64,000 bases of DNA, taken from the NCBI GenBank assembly GCA_951406725.2, contig CATOCA020000001.1, forward strand, positions 4,650,001-4,714,000. The letters are read 5' to 3'. The notes under the pieces were generated by a model. That model had not been told where the DNA came from. It saw nothing but the letters and a program-made list of their open reading frames with translations, and searched no databases. This stretch comes from Octopus vulgaris (lineage: Eukaryota). Within the stretch, counting starts at the first letter, position 1. Each line of letters opens with the position of its first letter. Position numbers and translations under genes: made by a program. This document shows positions 1-13,093 of this stretch, piece after piece.

Positions 1-20
1 GACCATTCCGAAATATAACA

Positions 21-92
<72 letters not shown>

Positions 93-315
93 TCATACAT
101 ATATATATGTATATATTTATTATATATATATATATACATTGACCTGCTCGCTTAGCCAGCGGGGTGGCGTCATTCGAAGGCTAAAATAATGCGAACGCAT
201 TGTGACCAGCAATGTGTAGCAACATCTGATGGTCTAGTCGGACACGTGATCACGTGATATATATATATATATGTTTATATATATACGTATGTATATAAAT
301 ATATTTATAGATATA

Positions 316-378
<63 letters not shown>

Positions 379-416
379 GTACATACATATATACATACAT
401 ATACATACACACACAC

Positions 417-474
<58 letters not shown>

Positions 475-477
<3 letters not shown>

Positions 478-900
478 AGAGGTATTTTAAGTACTTTGTA
501 AGGAAATAAAATGAAATGTCAGTTGGAATTGATCCAAAAGCCATAGAAACCCTTGCTTCAGACCGAGTTCAATGGCAAACAAAATTGCATTGAAAGTTTT
601 GAAGAAGCCAGGATGACCCAATCAAAACTGAAAACAAAATCAATGAAAAATGTTATTATCAACGAGAAAATGAAATTCAACTATTTCTTTTGTGTGTGGA
701 GAATATTTTTTGAAAATTCTATTTCTGGACCATATCTCATTTGCGAAACCATACAAAACGAACCTCCACCAACTATTCTGCGTATATGTCTGCGCACACC
801 TTTCAATACTCTGTATGCCAGAAGGTCTGAAAATCTAAGGGACGTCTCAATACACTTTAGGACCCACAAAGATCACAGCTCATCTGCACCACTTGGTCAT
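475..900 (+). mobile_element. Decayed RTE LINE 3' fragment
   Basis: [16 protein letters not shown]...and terminal ..SIHFRTHK Zn-finger remnant typical of RTE 3' ends. Confidence 0.55.
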
Positions 901-1008
901 ACAAACCGGGCATGCATATGTATGTGCATGTATATAAATATAAATGTAAATGTAAATATAAATATATGTATATATATGTATATATATGTATATATATATA
1001 TGTATGTA

Positions 1009-1333
1009 TAGGCGCAGGAGTGGCTGTGTGGTAATTATTTTGTTTACCAACCATATGGTTTCGTGTTCATTCCCACTCCGTGGCACCTTGGGCAAGTATC
1101 TTCTACTATAGCCTCGGGGAGACCAGCGCCCTGTGAGTGGATTTGGTAGATGAAAACTGTATCTGTATTTGTCCCCCCAAGATCGCTTGACAACCGATGG
1201 TGGTGTGTTCGGCAAATGAGACCGATAGAATAAGTATTAGGCTTCCAAAGTATAGGTCCTGGGGTAGATTTGATCGACTAAAGAGCGATGCTCCAGCATG
1301 GCTGCAGTCAAATGACTGAAACGAGAAAAATAG
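1009..1333 (+). mobile_element. tRNA-derived SINE (octopus-type)
   Basis: ggcgcaggagtggctgtgtggtaa..cccactccgtggcaccttgggcaag.. tail ctccagcatggctgcagtcaaatgactgaaac; same family at 4055, 15198. Confidence 0.85.
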
Positions 1334-1395
<62 letters not shown>

Positions 1396-1444
1396 TACAC
1401 ATAGAGGCACGCACACACATATATATACATACATACACACATAC

Positions 1445-1475
<31 letters not shown>

Positions 1476-1979
1476 TGTATGTATGTATGTATGTATGTAT
1501 GTGTGCATATCTTTTGTTTTTCCTAAGTCAGTTATTAAACTGCAATCATGCTGGAGCAACAATTTGTAAAGATTTAACCCAAAATAAATTACTCCGGCAA
1601 TTTTTCTTTAGCCTACGTCTTATTCTATCGGATGTCTTTTGCCGAACCGCTACATAATGGAGACAAACACAGATACAAAGAGAGAAAGAGAGACAAAGAG
1701 TGAGAGAATGAGGCAAATAAACATGTGAAACTTGTTGGGATTGATATATAAAATAAATATCAATGGATAGATGTTAGCAGAGAGGAAGCAAAGATTGAGG
1801 ATGTTCCACTCTCTGCTTTGTCTTTATCTCCGTGTATCCATGGATTTCTGTTGCAGCCACTCTTCATGTCGGGGACTTGGTCGTCGGTAAAGCTTTCCGA
1901 GTCGAAGTTGAATCTGTTTGGTAGCTGCTAAGTGTTTTCTACATTGAGAATCTCTTGAGATCTGTTAAACCGCTCTCTT

Positions 1980-2010
<31 letters not shown>

Positions 2011-2140
2011 ATATATATATATATCTGTCTATCTCTCTTTCTCTCTCTCTCACGTCTGTATATATATGTATATATTTGAGTGTGTGTGTGTGTATGTGTT
2101 TATATATGTATGTATATGTTTATAGTATATATTTATTGAA

Positions 2141-2221
<81 letters not shown>

Positions 2222-2254
2222 CTATATATAAATATATATATATATATATGTATC

Positions 2255-2306
<52 letters not shown>

Positions 2307-2309
<3 letters not shown>

Positions 2310-2860
2310 CGAGAGGTCAATACCTCGAAATTCGAGTCCGTGTGTATCATAAGTTGAAGACGGGAAGGATGACTTCCCTTTGCAGATACTGATAGGACAC
2401 AGATAGTGTTGTCTATGGCCAGCTGGAGGAGTATGTCCTCCTGGGGCTAAAAACTACAGTAGCATCCACCCTTAGGGGTTAGCCATATTGAAATGGCAAA
2501 AATACGTCACGATGTGTTACCGCTACTGTATATAACTCACTTTGATATTTATCATTGTTTGATTTCACTTTTTCAATATCAGCGACAGTGAACGCTGGAA
2601 AAAGTATAAGTATTTGTGAAGGAAATCTAATTCTCGGCGACAACTATGATTGTCACACGCTGACGAGAGGTCAATACCTCGAAACTCGAGTCCGTGTGTA
2701 TCATAAGTTGAAGACGGGAAGGATGACTTCCATTTGCAAATACTGACAGGACACAGATAGTGTTGTCTATGGCCAGCTGGAGGAGTGTGTCCTCCTGGGG
2801 CTAAAAACTACAGTAGCATCCACCCTTAGGGGTTAGCCATATTGAAATGGCAAAAATACG

Positions 2861-2864
<4 letters not shown>
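2307..2864 (+). mobile_element. Tandem 354-nt hammerhead-containing repeat (~1.6 units; retrozyme / Penelope pLTR-like) in (TA)n
   Basis: 2307-2510 nearly identical to 2661-2864 (offset 354); each copy starts at the ribozyme core; flanked by (TA)n. Confidence 0.8.
2654..2698 (+). ncRNA. Minimal type-I hammerhead ribozyme, intact core
   Basis: CACACG-CUGACGA-GAGGU(CAAU)ACCUC-GAAAC-UCGA-GUC^CGUGUG: 6-bp stem I, 5-bp stem II, palindromic stem III ACUCGAGU, GUC cleavage after 2692. Confidence 0.9.
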
Positions 2865-2910
<46 letters not shown>

Positions 2911-2912
<2 letters not shown>

Positions 2913-3251
2913 GGTCAATATATAAACACAAAAACCGGGAAAATATTCACAAACGCGAATATGAACTGCAAAAGCAGAAATTTAATTTACTGCATCAAAT
3001 GCCCAAATTGTGAAGAAATATATGTAGGTCAGACGGGAAACGCACTATTAGAACGCTCACGTGTACACCGGCAACAGATTAGAGACCCAGAGGTCCGTCA
3101 GATACCTTTGAGTAACCACCTAGCAACATGTGGTCGGAAAAAATATATAATATTTCCATTCTACAAATTACACAGCCCAAGTGAAATCGAGAGGAAAATC
3201 AGAGAAAAGAATTTTATTGATAAATTCGAACCCAAGCTAAATAAGCAATAA
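2911..3251 (+). mobile_element. Penelope-like element GIY-YIG endonuclease fragment
   Basis: NLIYCIKCPNCEEIYVGQTG..L.ER...H....R.....LSNHL...RKIREKNFI..F.PKLN. Confidence 0.88.
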
Positions 3252-3751
3252 TAATAATAATAATACTTAGAGGTATTACTTCCACTGCTACGACCATGAC
3301 CACTAACAACAACAACAATACTAAAGGTGATCAAGACGAAGATAGCAGGAAAATTATCTTATTTAGGGTTAAAAGTTCTATTGCCACCACCATCACCACT
3401 AGCAACAATAATTAAGGTGCTGACAATGATGATGATGACAATTGAAATATAAAAATATAAAAATCTCTGACAAAGGATATTTACAACATTTCTAAAAATA
3501 ACCCAACAATTGCTGCTTCGGCCAGGGTCAAGATACAGGACTCTTGACATGTCCAACAAAGCGTGATGCCTAAACCAATCAGCTCAACCAACCAATCAGC
3601 TTAAGTAATTGAGTGATACTACACACTGATTGGTCAGAATACAGTTTGCAAAACCTAGCACTCTGGAGCCTACCCAGCTGTATTTATAGCACAGAATCAA
3701 TCATCTTGCTACAGTCAAAAATTGTGAAGCATGACTGTCAACACTACTACA

Positions 3752-3796
3752 TGAACCCGAAGATTGCAGAATTCAATGCATGAAAGTACTAGTTCA
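3752..3796 (+). ncRNA. Penelope-associated minimal hammerhead (U4>C variant)
   Basis: UGAAC-CCGAAGA-UUGCA(GAAUUCAA)UGCAU-GAAA-GUAC-UA^GUUCA; palindromic AGUACU stem III; ~500 nt downstream of the GIY-YIG ORF. Confidence 0.7.
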
Positions 3797-3958
3797 ATCA
3801 GAATGAATATTTAACATTCTACTATTTCATTTTATTTTATTCAATTATAATATATTATCTTATGATATATCATTATAAGATTGTAAATAAAACGTGAAAA
3901 TCAGACAAGGTTGGAATTCTTTTTATTAATATATTCTTCTATACACAATCACACACAC

Positions 3959-4002
<44 letters not shown>

Positions 4003-4054
4003 CTATATATCTATATATATATGTGTGTGCATTTCTTTCTTTCTTTTCTTATTC

Positions 4055-4618
4055 TCTTACTTGTTTCAGTCGTTTGACTGCGGCCATGCTGGAGCACCGC
4101 CTTTAGTCGAGCAAATCGACCCCGGGGCTTATTCTTTGTAAGCCTAGTACTTATTCTATCAGTCTCTTTTGCCGAACCGCTAAGTGACGGGGACGTAAAC
4201 ACACCAGCATAGGTTGTCAAGCAATGCTAGAGGGACAAACACAGGTACATAAACATATACACATATGCATTACATATATACGACAGGCTTCTTTCAGTTT
4301 CCGTCTACCAAATCCACTCAGAAGGCATTGGTTGGCCTGAGGCTATAGCAGAAGACACTTGCCCAAGGTGCCACGCAGTGGGACTGAACCCGGAACCATG
4401 TGGTTGGTAAGCAAGCTACTTACCACACAGCCACCCCTAAGTCTATATACATATATACGACAGGCTTCTTTCAGTTTCCGTCTACCAAATCCACTCACAA
4501 GGCATTGGTTGGCCTGAGGCTATAGTAGAAGACACTTGCCCAAGATGCCACGCAGTGGGACTGAACCCAGAACCATGTGGTTGGTTAGCAAGCTACTTAC
4601 CACACAGCCACTCCTACG
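4055..4618 (-). mobile_element. tRNA-derived SINE with tandemly duplicated 5' head
   Basis: Head segment present twice (~4275-4437 and ~4452-4618). Confidence 0.85.
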
Positions 4619-5022
4619 TCTATGTATATATATATGCACACACATACATACGGAACCTTCATAGCTGCTCTACTGGTTGTCATCACCCTTAAGATGAAAC
4701 TTTAATTTAACAGTTCAAGGGCAATAACTCTTGTAGAATAAGATGTATTACCTCCCTTAATGTAGTTAATTAAATTCTCTCGTTTGGGTCAAATTTTTCT
4801 TTCCGTCCTTCATTGACGATAAAACGAAGTGGCAAAGGTCGCTTCTTGCGTGTGTATGTTCGAGTGTAACTCAAACCGTTGATTCGCTTCCCCTTCTCTG
4901 ACGCAGATAACCGTCTCTTTCGTGGGCCACAATATAAACATCCTGACAATTTGGCGAGTGTGTCCGTGTTTCAGTGGAATTGCTCAAACGGTGATCCGAA
5001 ATCGATCCGCTTACCGTCGCCG

Positions 5023-5220
5023 TCGTTTGACTGCGGCCATGCTGGAGCACCGCCTTTAGTCGAGCAAATCGACTCCGGGACTTATTCTTTGTAAGCCTAG
5101 TACTTATTCTATCAGTCTCTTTTGCCGAACCGCTAAGTGACGGGGACGTAAACACACCAGCATCGGTTGTCAAGCAATGCTAGGGGGACAAACACAGGCA
5201 CACAAACATATACACATATG
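5023..5220 (-). mobile_element. SINE 3' half
   Basis: Near-identical to 4070-4267. Confidence 0.85.
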
Positions 5221-5700
5221 CATTCAGTCAGTCAGGCGGCCATCAGGCAGGCATTGGAGAGAGAGAGAGTGGGAGTGAGAGACGAAGAGAGAGAGGGAGA
5301 ATGCGTAAGAGAGGGAGTGGGAGAAAGAGAGAAGGGGAGAGAGAGAAAGAGGAGAAAGAAAGAGATAGAGTGGGAGTGAGAGACAAAGAGAGATGGAGAA
5401 TGAGTAAGAGAGAGAGTGGGAGAAATAGAGAAGGGAGAGAGAGGGAGGCAGATAGGGACAGAGAGAGAAAGAGAGAGAAGAGAGAGAGACAGAGAGAGAG
5501 AGAAGAGTGATAGAGTGGGAGTGAGAGAGAGAGAGAGAGAAACAGGCAGGAAGAGAGAGACGGGTGACACAACGGTGCCAGAGACACACAGACAGACAGA
5601 GATATATACAGTGAGAGAGAGAAAATAGAGTGACAGAGACAGGTAGGAGAGAGAGAGAGTCTTTTTTCATCGTATGAGAATAGCAAGTCAGAGGCAGGTA

Positions 5701-6350
5701 TTAGTTCTTCCGTCGTTGTCGACGATGACCAAATACATTACATGGGAGAAGGAGATGGGTAACGGTGTGTCCGGCAGTTGTCGTCCAGTCCGATACGTGC
5801 TGGGAAGTCTTTGCCACAGGTCGGGCAATGGTTGTCTGCTGGGTCTGAAGGCAAGAAGCCGACTCTGGACCCGCATAATTGAAGCTTTCTTTGCTCTTGT
5901 AATACTTTTTCCTCGGGTGCAAGGTGTACGGGGTCAAGTAGTACCTCTGTCAAAGGCATATACAGTGACCTTTGGAGTAGTCCGTCCGCTTTGTTCCTCC
6001 TGTGACACCCACCTGTCACCTGTGAGTCATCAATGCTATCTGCATGCAACAGTATCCACACCCAGGCTCACGGCTTCCACAGGCTGGCTAAACCTTGGTA
6101 AGGGTAGCACACGGCCTTTAACCATTGGTGGACTAGGGCTTGTCTATCTAAGGATGTGAACCTGTTGAGTGTGCTGAGGAAACCACTAGACAGGCTCAAC
6201 GGACCAGCAAGCTTTGTGGAGGGTGAACTGCAACCTGTCTGTAGTTTTCTTGACTTCATCCTTCCACTGGAATCACAGAGGAAAGGACGAGAGAGTGAGT
6301 CAGATGCTATTGTGCAACCTTCTATCACTTTAATCCATGTCACGCTCAAT
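5701..6350 (-). mobile_element. Internally deleted RTE/BovB-like LINE
   Basis: 3' end encodes HCPTCGKDFPARIGLDDNCRTHR followed by a tggtcatcgtcgacaacgacggaagaac tail; 5' part looks like UTR with no RT between. Confidence 0.65.
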
Positions 6351-6386
6351 TCAAGATATCACACCATCCCAGGGTCAGGTAAAATA

Positions 6387-6624
6387 TTGGGTTGGTGCAT
6401 AATTATTGCGGCTTCTTTCAACAAATATTATTCAACAAAAACAATAAAAATATTTATCAAAAACATCTTTACATAATCGTCTATCAAGCGAATGGGAAGC
6501 AGTTATTGAAGTAGATGGTGAATATGCTCCGGAATAATCATTTAAAGATGTTTTTGTTACATGTTATTGTTTTTGTTGAATAAAATTTATTGAAAAAAGC
6601 CGCAATAATTATGCACCAATCCAA
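6387..6624. mobile_element. Mariner-derived MITE
   Basis: TA|ttgggttggtgcataattattgcggc ... gccgcaataattatgcaccaatccaa|TA, ~60-nt TIRs; internal transposase C-terminus WEAVIEVDGEYAPE*. Confidence 0.9.
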
Positions 6625-6629
6625 TATAT

Positions 6630-6689
<60 letters not shown>

Positions 6690-7489
6690 CGGCCGACAAT
6701 GGCAAAGAGACGGACGGAACAACGGTTCGCCTATTGATGAGAGAATCGGATGTGAGGACATCTGGATGGAACGCCTCTTCAGAGAGCATCGTGTGGTGTG
6801 TGGAGGGAGAGAAAGGGACGGAGCGACGGCGAGTGATGCCTATTATTAAAAAGAGAGAGAATAATATAAAATAGTGTTTATAACACATTATCGATAAATA
6901 TCGAACATTGATCAATGGAATTAGTACAGATTGCGACTCCACGTCACTGATTCGTTTTTTATTTCGCTTTTTCACATTTCCAATTCTTTACTTTTCCTTT
7001 CACTCTGCCTGCAATCATCACACAGTTTGCATGGTCGCTGGAGTGAAGTGGCTTAGAGGTTAGGGGTATTCGGCTTAGATTTGGGGTGATATATTAATAT
7101 ATGCTGAGGTGGGAGAGAGAGGATTTTCTAAGTACCCTTAATTTTTATATGAGTGACAACACAAAACTTTTATATACCTGGCTGTTATTTCTAGCATCAC
7201 GTAGGACCACCAATTGTGTATTATTCCTCCGGATGCTTCTTAAGGTCTCCTTCAATCTTTCATGAAAAACAATGCAGAATATAATGTATTGAACTGTTAT
7301 TTCTACCATCTTACCCGACAACCTGTAGGACAATATGTTTGATAGACGCTTCGTCAAGTGTCCTGCTTTTATAAAATAAAAACTTTAGAAATTTCAAGGT
7401 GTTTGGTTGCTGTTTCACGAATGATGCGAGACAATAGAGAGGTGAGATTCTTTTATAAAAGTCGAAATGGTTTTGGGAGGGAAACAATG

Positions 7490-9143
7490 AGATTAAGGAA
7501 AGAAAGAGAGTGAGAGAGAGAGAGAGTAAAAGGAAGGAAAGAATGAAAGAGAGTGAGAGAGAGAGAGAGAGAAAGGAAGAAAGAAAAAAGAAAAAAAGAA
7601 GGAATGAAAGAAAAGAGAAAGGAAGAATAAAGTAACGTGATTCTGTAATAATGCATGAAATCAGAGCGGAAGAAAGAAAGAAAGAAAGAAAGAAAGGAAG
7701 AAAGGAAGGAAGGAAGGAAGGAAGGAAGGAAGGAAGGAAGGAAGGAAGGAAGGAAAGAAGGAAATAAGGAAGGAAAGAAGGAAATAAGGAATGAAGGAAA
7801 TAAGGAAGTAAAAGAAGGAAGGAAAGAATGGCAGTAAGGAAAGAAAGAAAGAGAGACAGAAACAAAGAAAGAAAGAAAGAAAGAAAGTAAAAAGGAAAGA
7901 AAGAGAGACAGAAACAAAGAAAGGGAGAAAGAAAGGAAGAAAGGGAGAAAGTAAGAAAGAAAGGAAACAGAAAAGAAAGAAGGTTAGAAGGAAAAAGAGG
8001 GAAAGATAGAAAGAATGAAAGAAAAAAAGAAAAAAGAGAGAAAGAAGGAAAAAAGAAGGAAAGAAAGTGAGAAGGATAAGAGCAGGGTGAGAGCGAGAGA
8101 GAGAAAAAGGAGACAAGGAAAGGAAACGAAGCAACGACAGAAAAAAGAAAGGAAGAAAAATGAAAGACGGATTGAAGAAGGAAAGATGAGAGGGAAGAAA
8201 GAAAAAAAGAATGAAGGTAAGAAGAAGGAAATGAAAAACAGAAAGTAAAGAAAGAAATAAGGAAAATAAAGGAAGGAAGGAAAGAAAGAATGAGAGAATG
8301 AAGGGTAAGAAGAAGGAAATGAAAAAGAGAAAGTAAAGAAAGAAATAAGGAAAATAAAGGAAGGAAGGAAAGAAAGAAAGAAAGAATGAAGGGTAAGAAG
8401 AAGGAAATGAAAAAGAGAAAGTAAACCAAGAAATAAGGAAAATAAAGGAAGGAAGGAAAGAAAGAATGAGAGAAATGAAGGAAGAAAGAAAGAAAGAAAG
8501 AAAGGAAAGAAAGAAAGAAATGAGGGAAATGAAGGAAGAAAGAAAGAAAGAAAGGAAAGAAAGAAAGGAAAAGGAAAAAAAGAAATGAAGGAAGAAAGAA
8601 AAAAAGAATGAAGGGTAAGAAGAAGGAAATGAAAAAGAGAAAGTAAAGAAAGAAGTAAGGAAAATAAAGGAAGGAAGGAAGGAAAGAAAGAAAGAAAGAA
8701 TGAAGGGTAAGAAGAAGGAAATGAAAAAGAGAAAGTAAAGAAAGAAATAAGGAAAATAAAGGAAGGAAGGAAAGAAAGAAAGAAAGAATGAAAGGTAAGA
8801 AGAAGGAAATGAAAAAGAGAAAGTAAAGAAAGAAATAAGGAAAATAAAGGAAGGAAGGAAGGAAAGAATGAGAGAAATGAAGGAAGAAAGAAAGAAAGAA
8901 AGGAAAGAAAGAAAGGAAAAGGAAAAAAGAAATGAAGGAAGAAAGAAAGAAATGAGGGAAATGAAGGAAGAAAGAAAGAAACAAACAAACAAAGAAACAA
9001 ATAAAGAAGGATGAAAGAAAGAAAGAAAGAAAGTAAGAAAGAAAAAAGAAAATAAGAAATGAAGGAAGAAAGAAAGAAAGAAATGAGGGAAATGAAGGAA
9101 GAAAGAAAGAAAGAAACAAAGAAACAAATAAGAAAATTAAAAA

Positions 9144-9175
<32 letters not shown>

Positions 9176-10160
9176 AAAAATGAGGGAAATGAAGGAAGAA
9201 AGAAAGAAACAAACAAACAAATAAAGAAGAATGAAAGAAAGAAAGAAAGAAAGAAAAAAGAAAGAAAGAATGGAAAAGGAAAGAAAAAAAGAAAGGAGGA
9301 AAGAAAGGAAAATGAAAGAAAGAAAGAAAAGAGAAAGTAAGTAAAGGGAAACAAAAAGAAAGAAAGAAAGAATGAGAGAGAGAAAGAGAGGAAGGCGACG
9401 TAATTCTGTAAAAATGATGAGAAGAAAGAGAGAGAAGGAGGGAGAGAAGGGGAGGAAGGAGGAGGGATTAGAGAAATAAATGTTAAGAAGAGAGGAGGAG
9501 TATGAGATGAGAGAGAAAGAGTAAAAAGGCGGAGCATTAATATATAATAAGGTAAATAGAGAGAGGGAGAGGGAGAGAGGGAGAAAGAGAGAGACAGACA
9601 AACAGAGACACGGAGACAGAGAGAGAGACATGAGAAGCGAGAGGGAGAAAGAGAGAGACTGAAATAGAGAAATCGAGAGAGCAAAGACAGAGAAAGACAG
9701 ACATAGAGAAAGAGAGGGAGAGGGAAAGGGAGGAGAAAGGGAGGGAAAGAATGAGGTAAGAGAATGAGAGAATATTATATAAGGAGGTGGAGGGAGAGAG
9801 AGAAGGATACATAGGTTTAGAAAGAGAGGGAGAGTGTGACGTGGGGCGGAGCGCAAAAGAGGTAGAGGGAGAGTATGACATATGAGGTGGTAAAGCGGGA
9901 GGGAGAGAGACAAAAAGTGAGGGAGGGGGAAGGAGTCAGAGATGATGTATGAGATATATGCTTTGTGAGGGAGGGAGAGTAGAGTTGAGAGAAAACGAGG
10001 GATGAGGGAGGCGGGGTTAAACAATAACATAAATAAGTGAAAGAGGGGAGGGAGAGGAGTAGAGAAGGAGAGGGAATGATGTGTGTGATAAGAGAGGGAG
10101 TCTATCATGTATTAGAGAAAGGAAGAGGGGAAGGATGAGGTATTAATACAGAATGAGGAA
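7490..10160 (+). repeat. Polypurine (GAAA/GGAA/GA)n tract containing a ~90-nt tandem unit
   Basis: Unit gaatgaagggtaagaagaaggaaatgaaaaagagaaagtaaagaaagaaataagg repeated ~6x at 8210-8860. Confidence 0.9.
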
Positions 10161-10789
10161 GGAGAGAGAAGAGTTTCGAAGTGTCCTTCATTTTCATATG
10201 AAACACAAAACCAAACTTTAACATACTTGGCTGTTATTTCTAGCATCACATTTGATCCCCAATTGGACTATATTTCCTTAGAAGCTTCCTTAAAGTGACC
10301 TTCATGATAACAATGTAAAGTATAGCGTAATGGGCTGTTATTTCTAGCAAGATAACAGACCACCAATACGTTTTATAGACGCTTCTTCACTTGGTTTCTC
10401 TCTCGATGAAGAAGTCTGACCAGATCCGGGAAAAAGTTTTATAAATGCTTCTTAAATTGTCTTTCAATTTCGTATGAAAAACAAAGCAACTTTGAGTGTA
10501 GTGGGCTGTTATTTCTAGCATGATGTCAAACCAGGTGTAGGAGGATTCTTTGAATAAATGCTTCTTAAATTGTCCGTCAATGTCTCGGCTATTTAATTTG
10601 CTCAATTAAGAACTACACAGTAATTATGTAATTAATGGTTAGTTAAATAATTAGCTTCTGGTAAAATAATTAGCGAGAGAGAAATTTGAAGGTAAATCTG
10701 AAAATATAATTTATTTGTAAGAAAGTAAGGTTTCTTAGGGATAAGGGGAGAGGAAGAGGGAGAGGGTGAGATATAAGGAAGTGGGAGAG

Positions 10790-12290
10790 ATAGAGAGAGA
10801 AAGAAAGGAAGAAAGAGTGAGAGAGAGAGAAAGAAAGAAAGAAAGTGTGAGAGAGAGAAACCCTAGGGAAGGGGAGGGATATATTAATGTATGAGGAAGC
10901 AGAGAAAGAATGAGAGTGGGAGAGAGAGAGAGAGAGAGACAGAATGCGTGAGAGAGAGATAGAGAGAGAAAGAAAGGAAGAAAGAGTGAGAGAGAGAGAA
11001 ACCCTAGGGAAGGGGAGGGATATATTAATGTATGAGGAAGCAGAGAGCGGGAGAGAGAGAGACAGAATGCGTGAGAGAGGGAGAGAGAGAGAGAAAGGAA
11101 GAAAGAGTGAGAGAGAGAAACCCTAGGGAAGGGGAGGGATATATTAATGTATGAGGAAGCAGAGAAAGAATGAGAGTGGGAGAGAGAGAGAGAGAGACAG
11201 AATGCGTGAGAGAGAGAGAGAGAGAAAGGAAGAAAGAGTGAGAGAGAGAAACCCTAGGGAAGGGGAGGGATATATTAATGTATGAAGAAGCAGAGAGGGG
11301 GAGTGAGAGTGGGAGAGAGAGGGAGACAGACAGCGTGAGAGAGAGGGAGAGAGAGAGAGAAAGGAAGAAAGGGAACGAGAGAGAGAAAGCCTAGGGAAGG
11401 GGAGGGATATATTAATGTATGAGGAAGCAGAGAAAGAATGAGAGTGGGTAAGAGAGAGAGAGAGAGAGAAAGAAAGGAAGAAAGAGTGAGAGAGAGAAAG
11501 CCTAGGGAAGGGGAGGGATATATTAATGTATGAGGAAGCAGAGAAAGAATAAGAGTGGGTGAGAGAGAGAGAGAGAGAAAGAAAGGAAGAAAGAGTGAGA
11601 GAGAGAAAGCCTAGGGAAGGGGAGGGATATATTAATGTATGAGGAAGCAGAGAAAGAATGAGAGTGGGTGAGAGAGAGAGAGAAAGAAAGGAAGAAAGAG
11701 TGAGAGAGAGAAAGCCTAGGGAAGGGGAGGGATATATTAATGTATGAGGAAGCAGAGAAAGAATGAGAGTGAGAGAGAGAGAGAGAGAGAGAAAGAAAGG
11801 AAGAAAGAGTGAGAGAGAGAAAGCCTAGGGAAGGGGAGGGATATATTAATGTATGAGGAAGCAGAGAAAGAATGAGAGTGGGAGAGAGAGAGAGACAGAA
11901 TGCGTGAGAGAGAGAGACAGAGAGAAAGAAAGGAAGAAAGAGTGAGAGAGAGAAACCCTAGGGAAGGGGAGGGATATATTAATGTATGAGGAAGGAGAGA
12001 AAGAATGAGAGTGGGAGAGAGAGAGAGAGAGAGAAAGTAAGAAAGAGTGAGAGAGAGAAAGCCTAGGGAAGGGGAGGGGTATATTAATGTATGAGGAAGC
12101 AGAGAAAGAATGAGAGTGGGAGAGAGAGAGAGACAGAATGCGTGAGAGAGAGAGAGAGAGAAAGGAAGGAAGAAAGAGTGAGAGAGAGAAAGCCTAGGGA
12201 AGGGGAGGGATATATTAATGTATGAGGAAGCAGAGAAAGAATGAGAGTGGGTGAGAGAGAGAGAGACAGAATGCGTGAGAGAGAGAGAGA
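10790..12290 (+). repeat. Minisatellite, ~12 copies of 105-140 nt
   Basis: Core (a/g)cctagggaaggggagggatatattaatgtatgaggaagcagag recurring, spaced by variable (GA)n. Confidence 0.95.
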
Positions 12291-12969
12291 GAGACAGACA
12301 GACAGATATACAGTTAGTGAGGGAGAGGAAGAGGTGAACGCTTTTCCAAGGGAGGTGGGCGGTGATGAAAATGAATATATAATGAGGTTCTGAGAGAAAG
12401 GAGACAAAGAGGGAGAAGTGGGAGGATATGTTTTGTAGGGGAGGGAGAAAGAGTATGAAAATGCATTAAGGGTTCAGTGAGGTACAGACAGAGGGAATTA
12501 AGAGTAAAAGCAAGGGAGGGGGAAGCATTGGGTAATATATGAGGAGGTGGGAGAGGGAGGCGAAGAGAAAGAGACAAAGAGGGAGAGCGCGCTTATTGGA
12601 CGATATATATTTAGTAATAGGGGAAGGGTATGAGTTAATAAAGAAAGCAAAATGGGCGGAGTCAGTCTACATTATGCAAAGTGGTGGGAGGAGTCAACGT
12701 TGAAAGGGTAAGAACAATAACTCTTATTGCATCCCTTTTCGCTTTAAATTCTATTTTTTTCTTGCGCAGAATTTGAAGATTTCCAAAAATGATTTAATGT
12801 AAATAATAGATCGAAGGGTTTAATATTGCAATTTTAGCCCTTAATTTCCTCCTCGTAATCTTCACACTGCACCCTGCACCTATTGTGGAGGCAGCCGCTA
12901 GAAATAGCAGCCAAACATCGCATACTAAATGAAACCTCTGATTTCTTTAATTGCTTCAAAATTTATTTA

Positions 12970-13093
12970 TTAAGTTGAGGAAAAAGTTCGTGCGTTTGGT
13001 CTTTATTTTGAAGAATATTTGTTGCTTTTGAATAAATTCTTGCATAAAACAATCATTATTTTAACACGACGCACGGACTTTCCCTCAATCTAA
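12970..13093. mobile_element. Mariner-like MITE
   Basis: TA|ttaagttgaggaaaaagttcgtgcgt ... acgcacggactttccctcaatctaa|TA. Confidence 0.75.

Noticed and set aside
7311-10108. Long F/L/S-rich ORFs (633, 566, 488 aa)
   Set aside because: Translations of (CTTT)n low-complexity DNA; no domain signal.
10790-12290. CRISPR-like repeat/spacer appearance
   Set aside because: Eukaryotic context; the spacers are variable (GA)n, not unique sequence; no cas genes.
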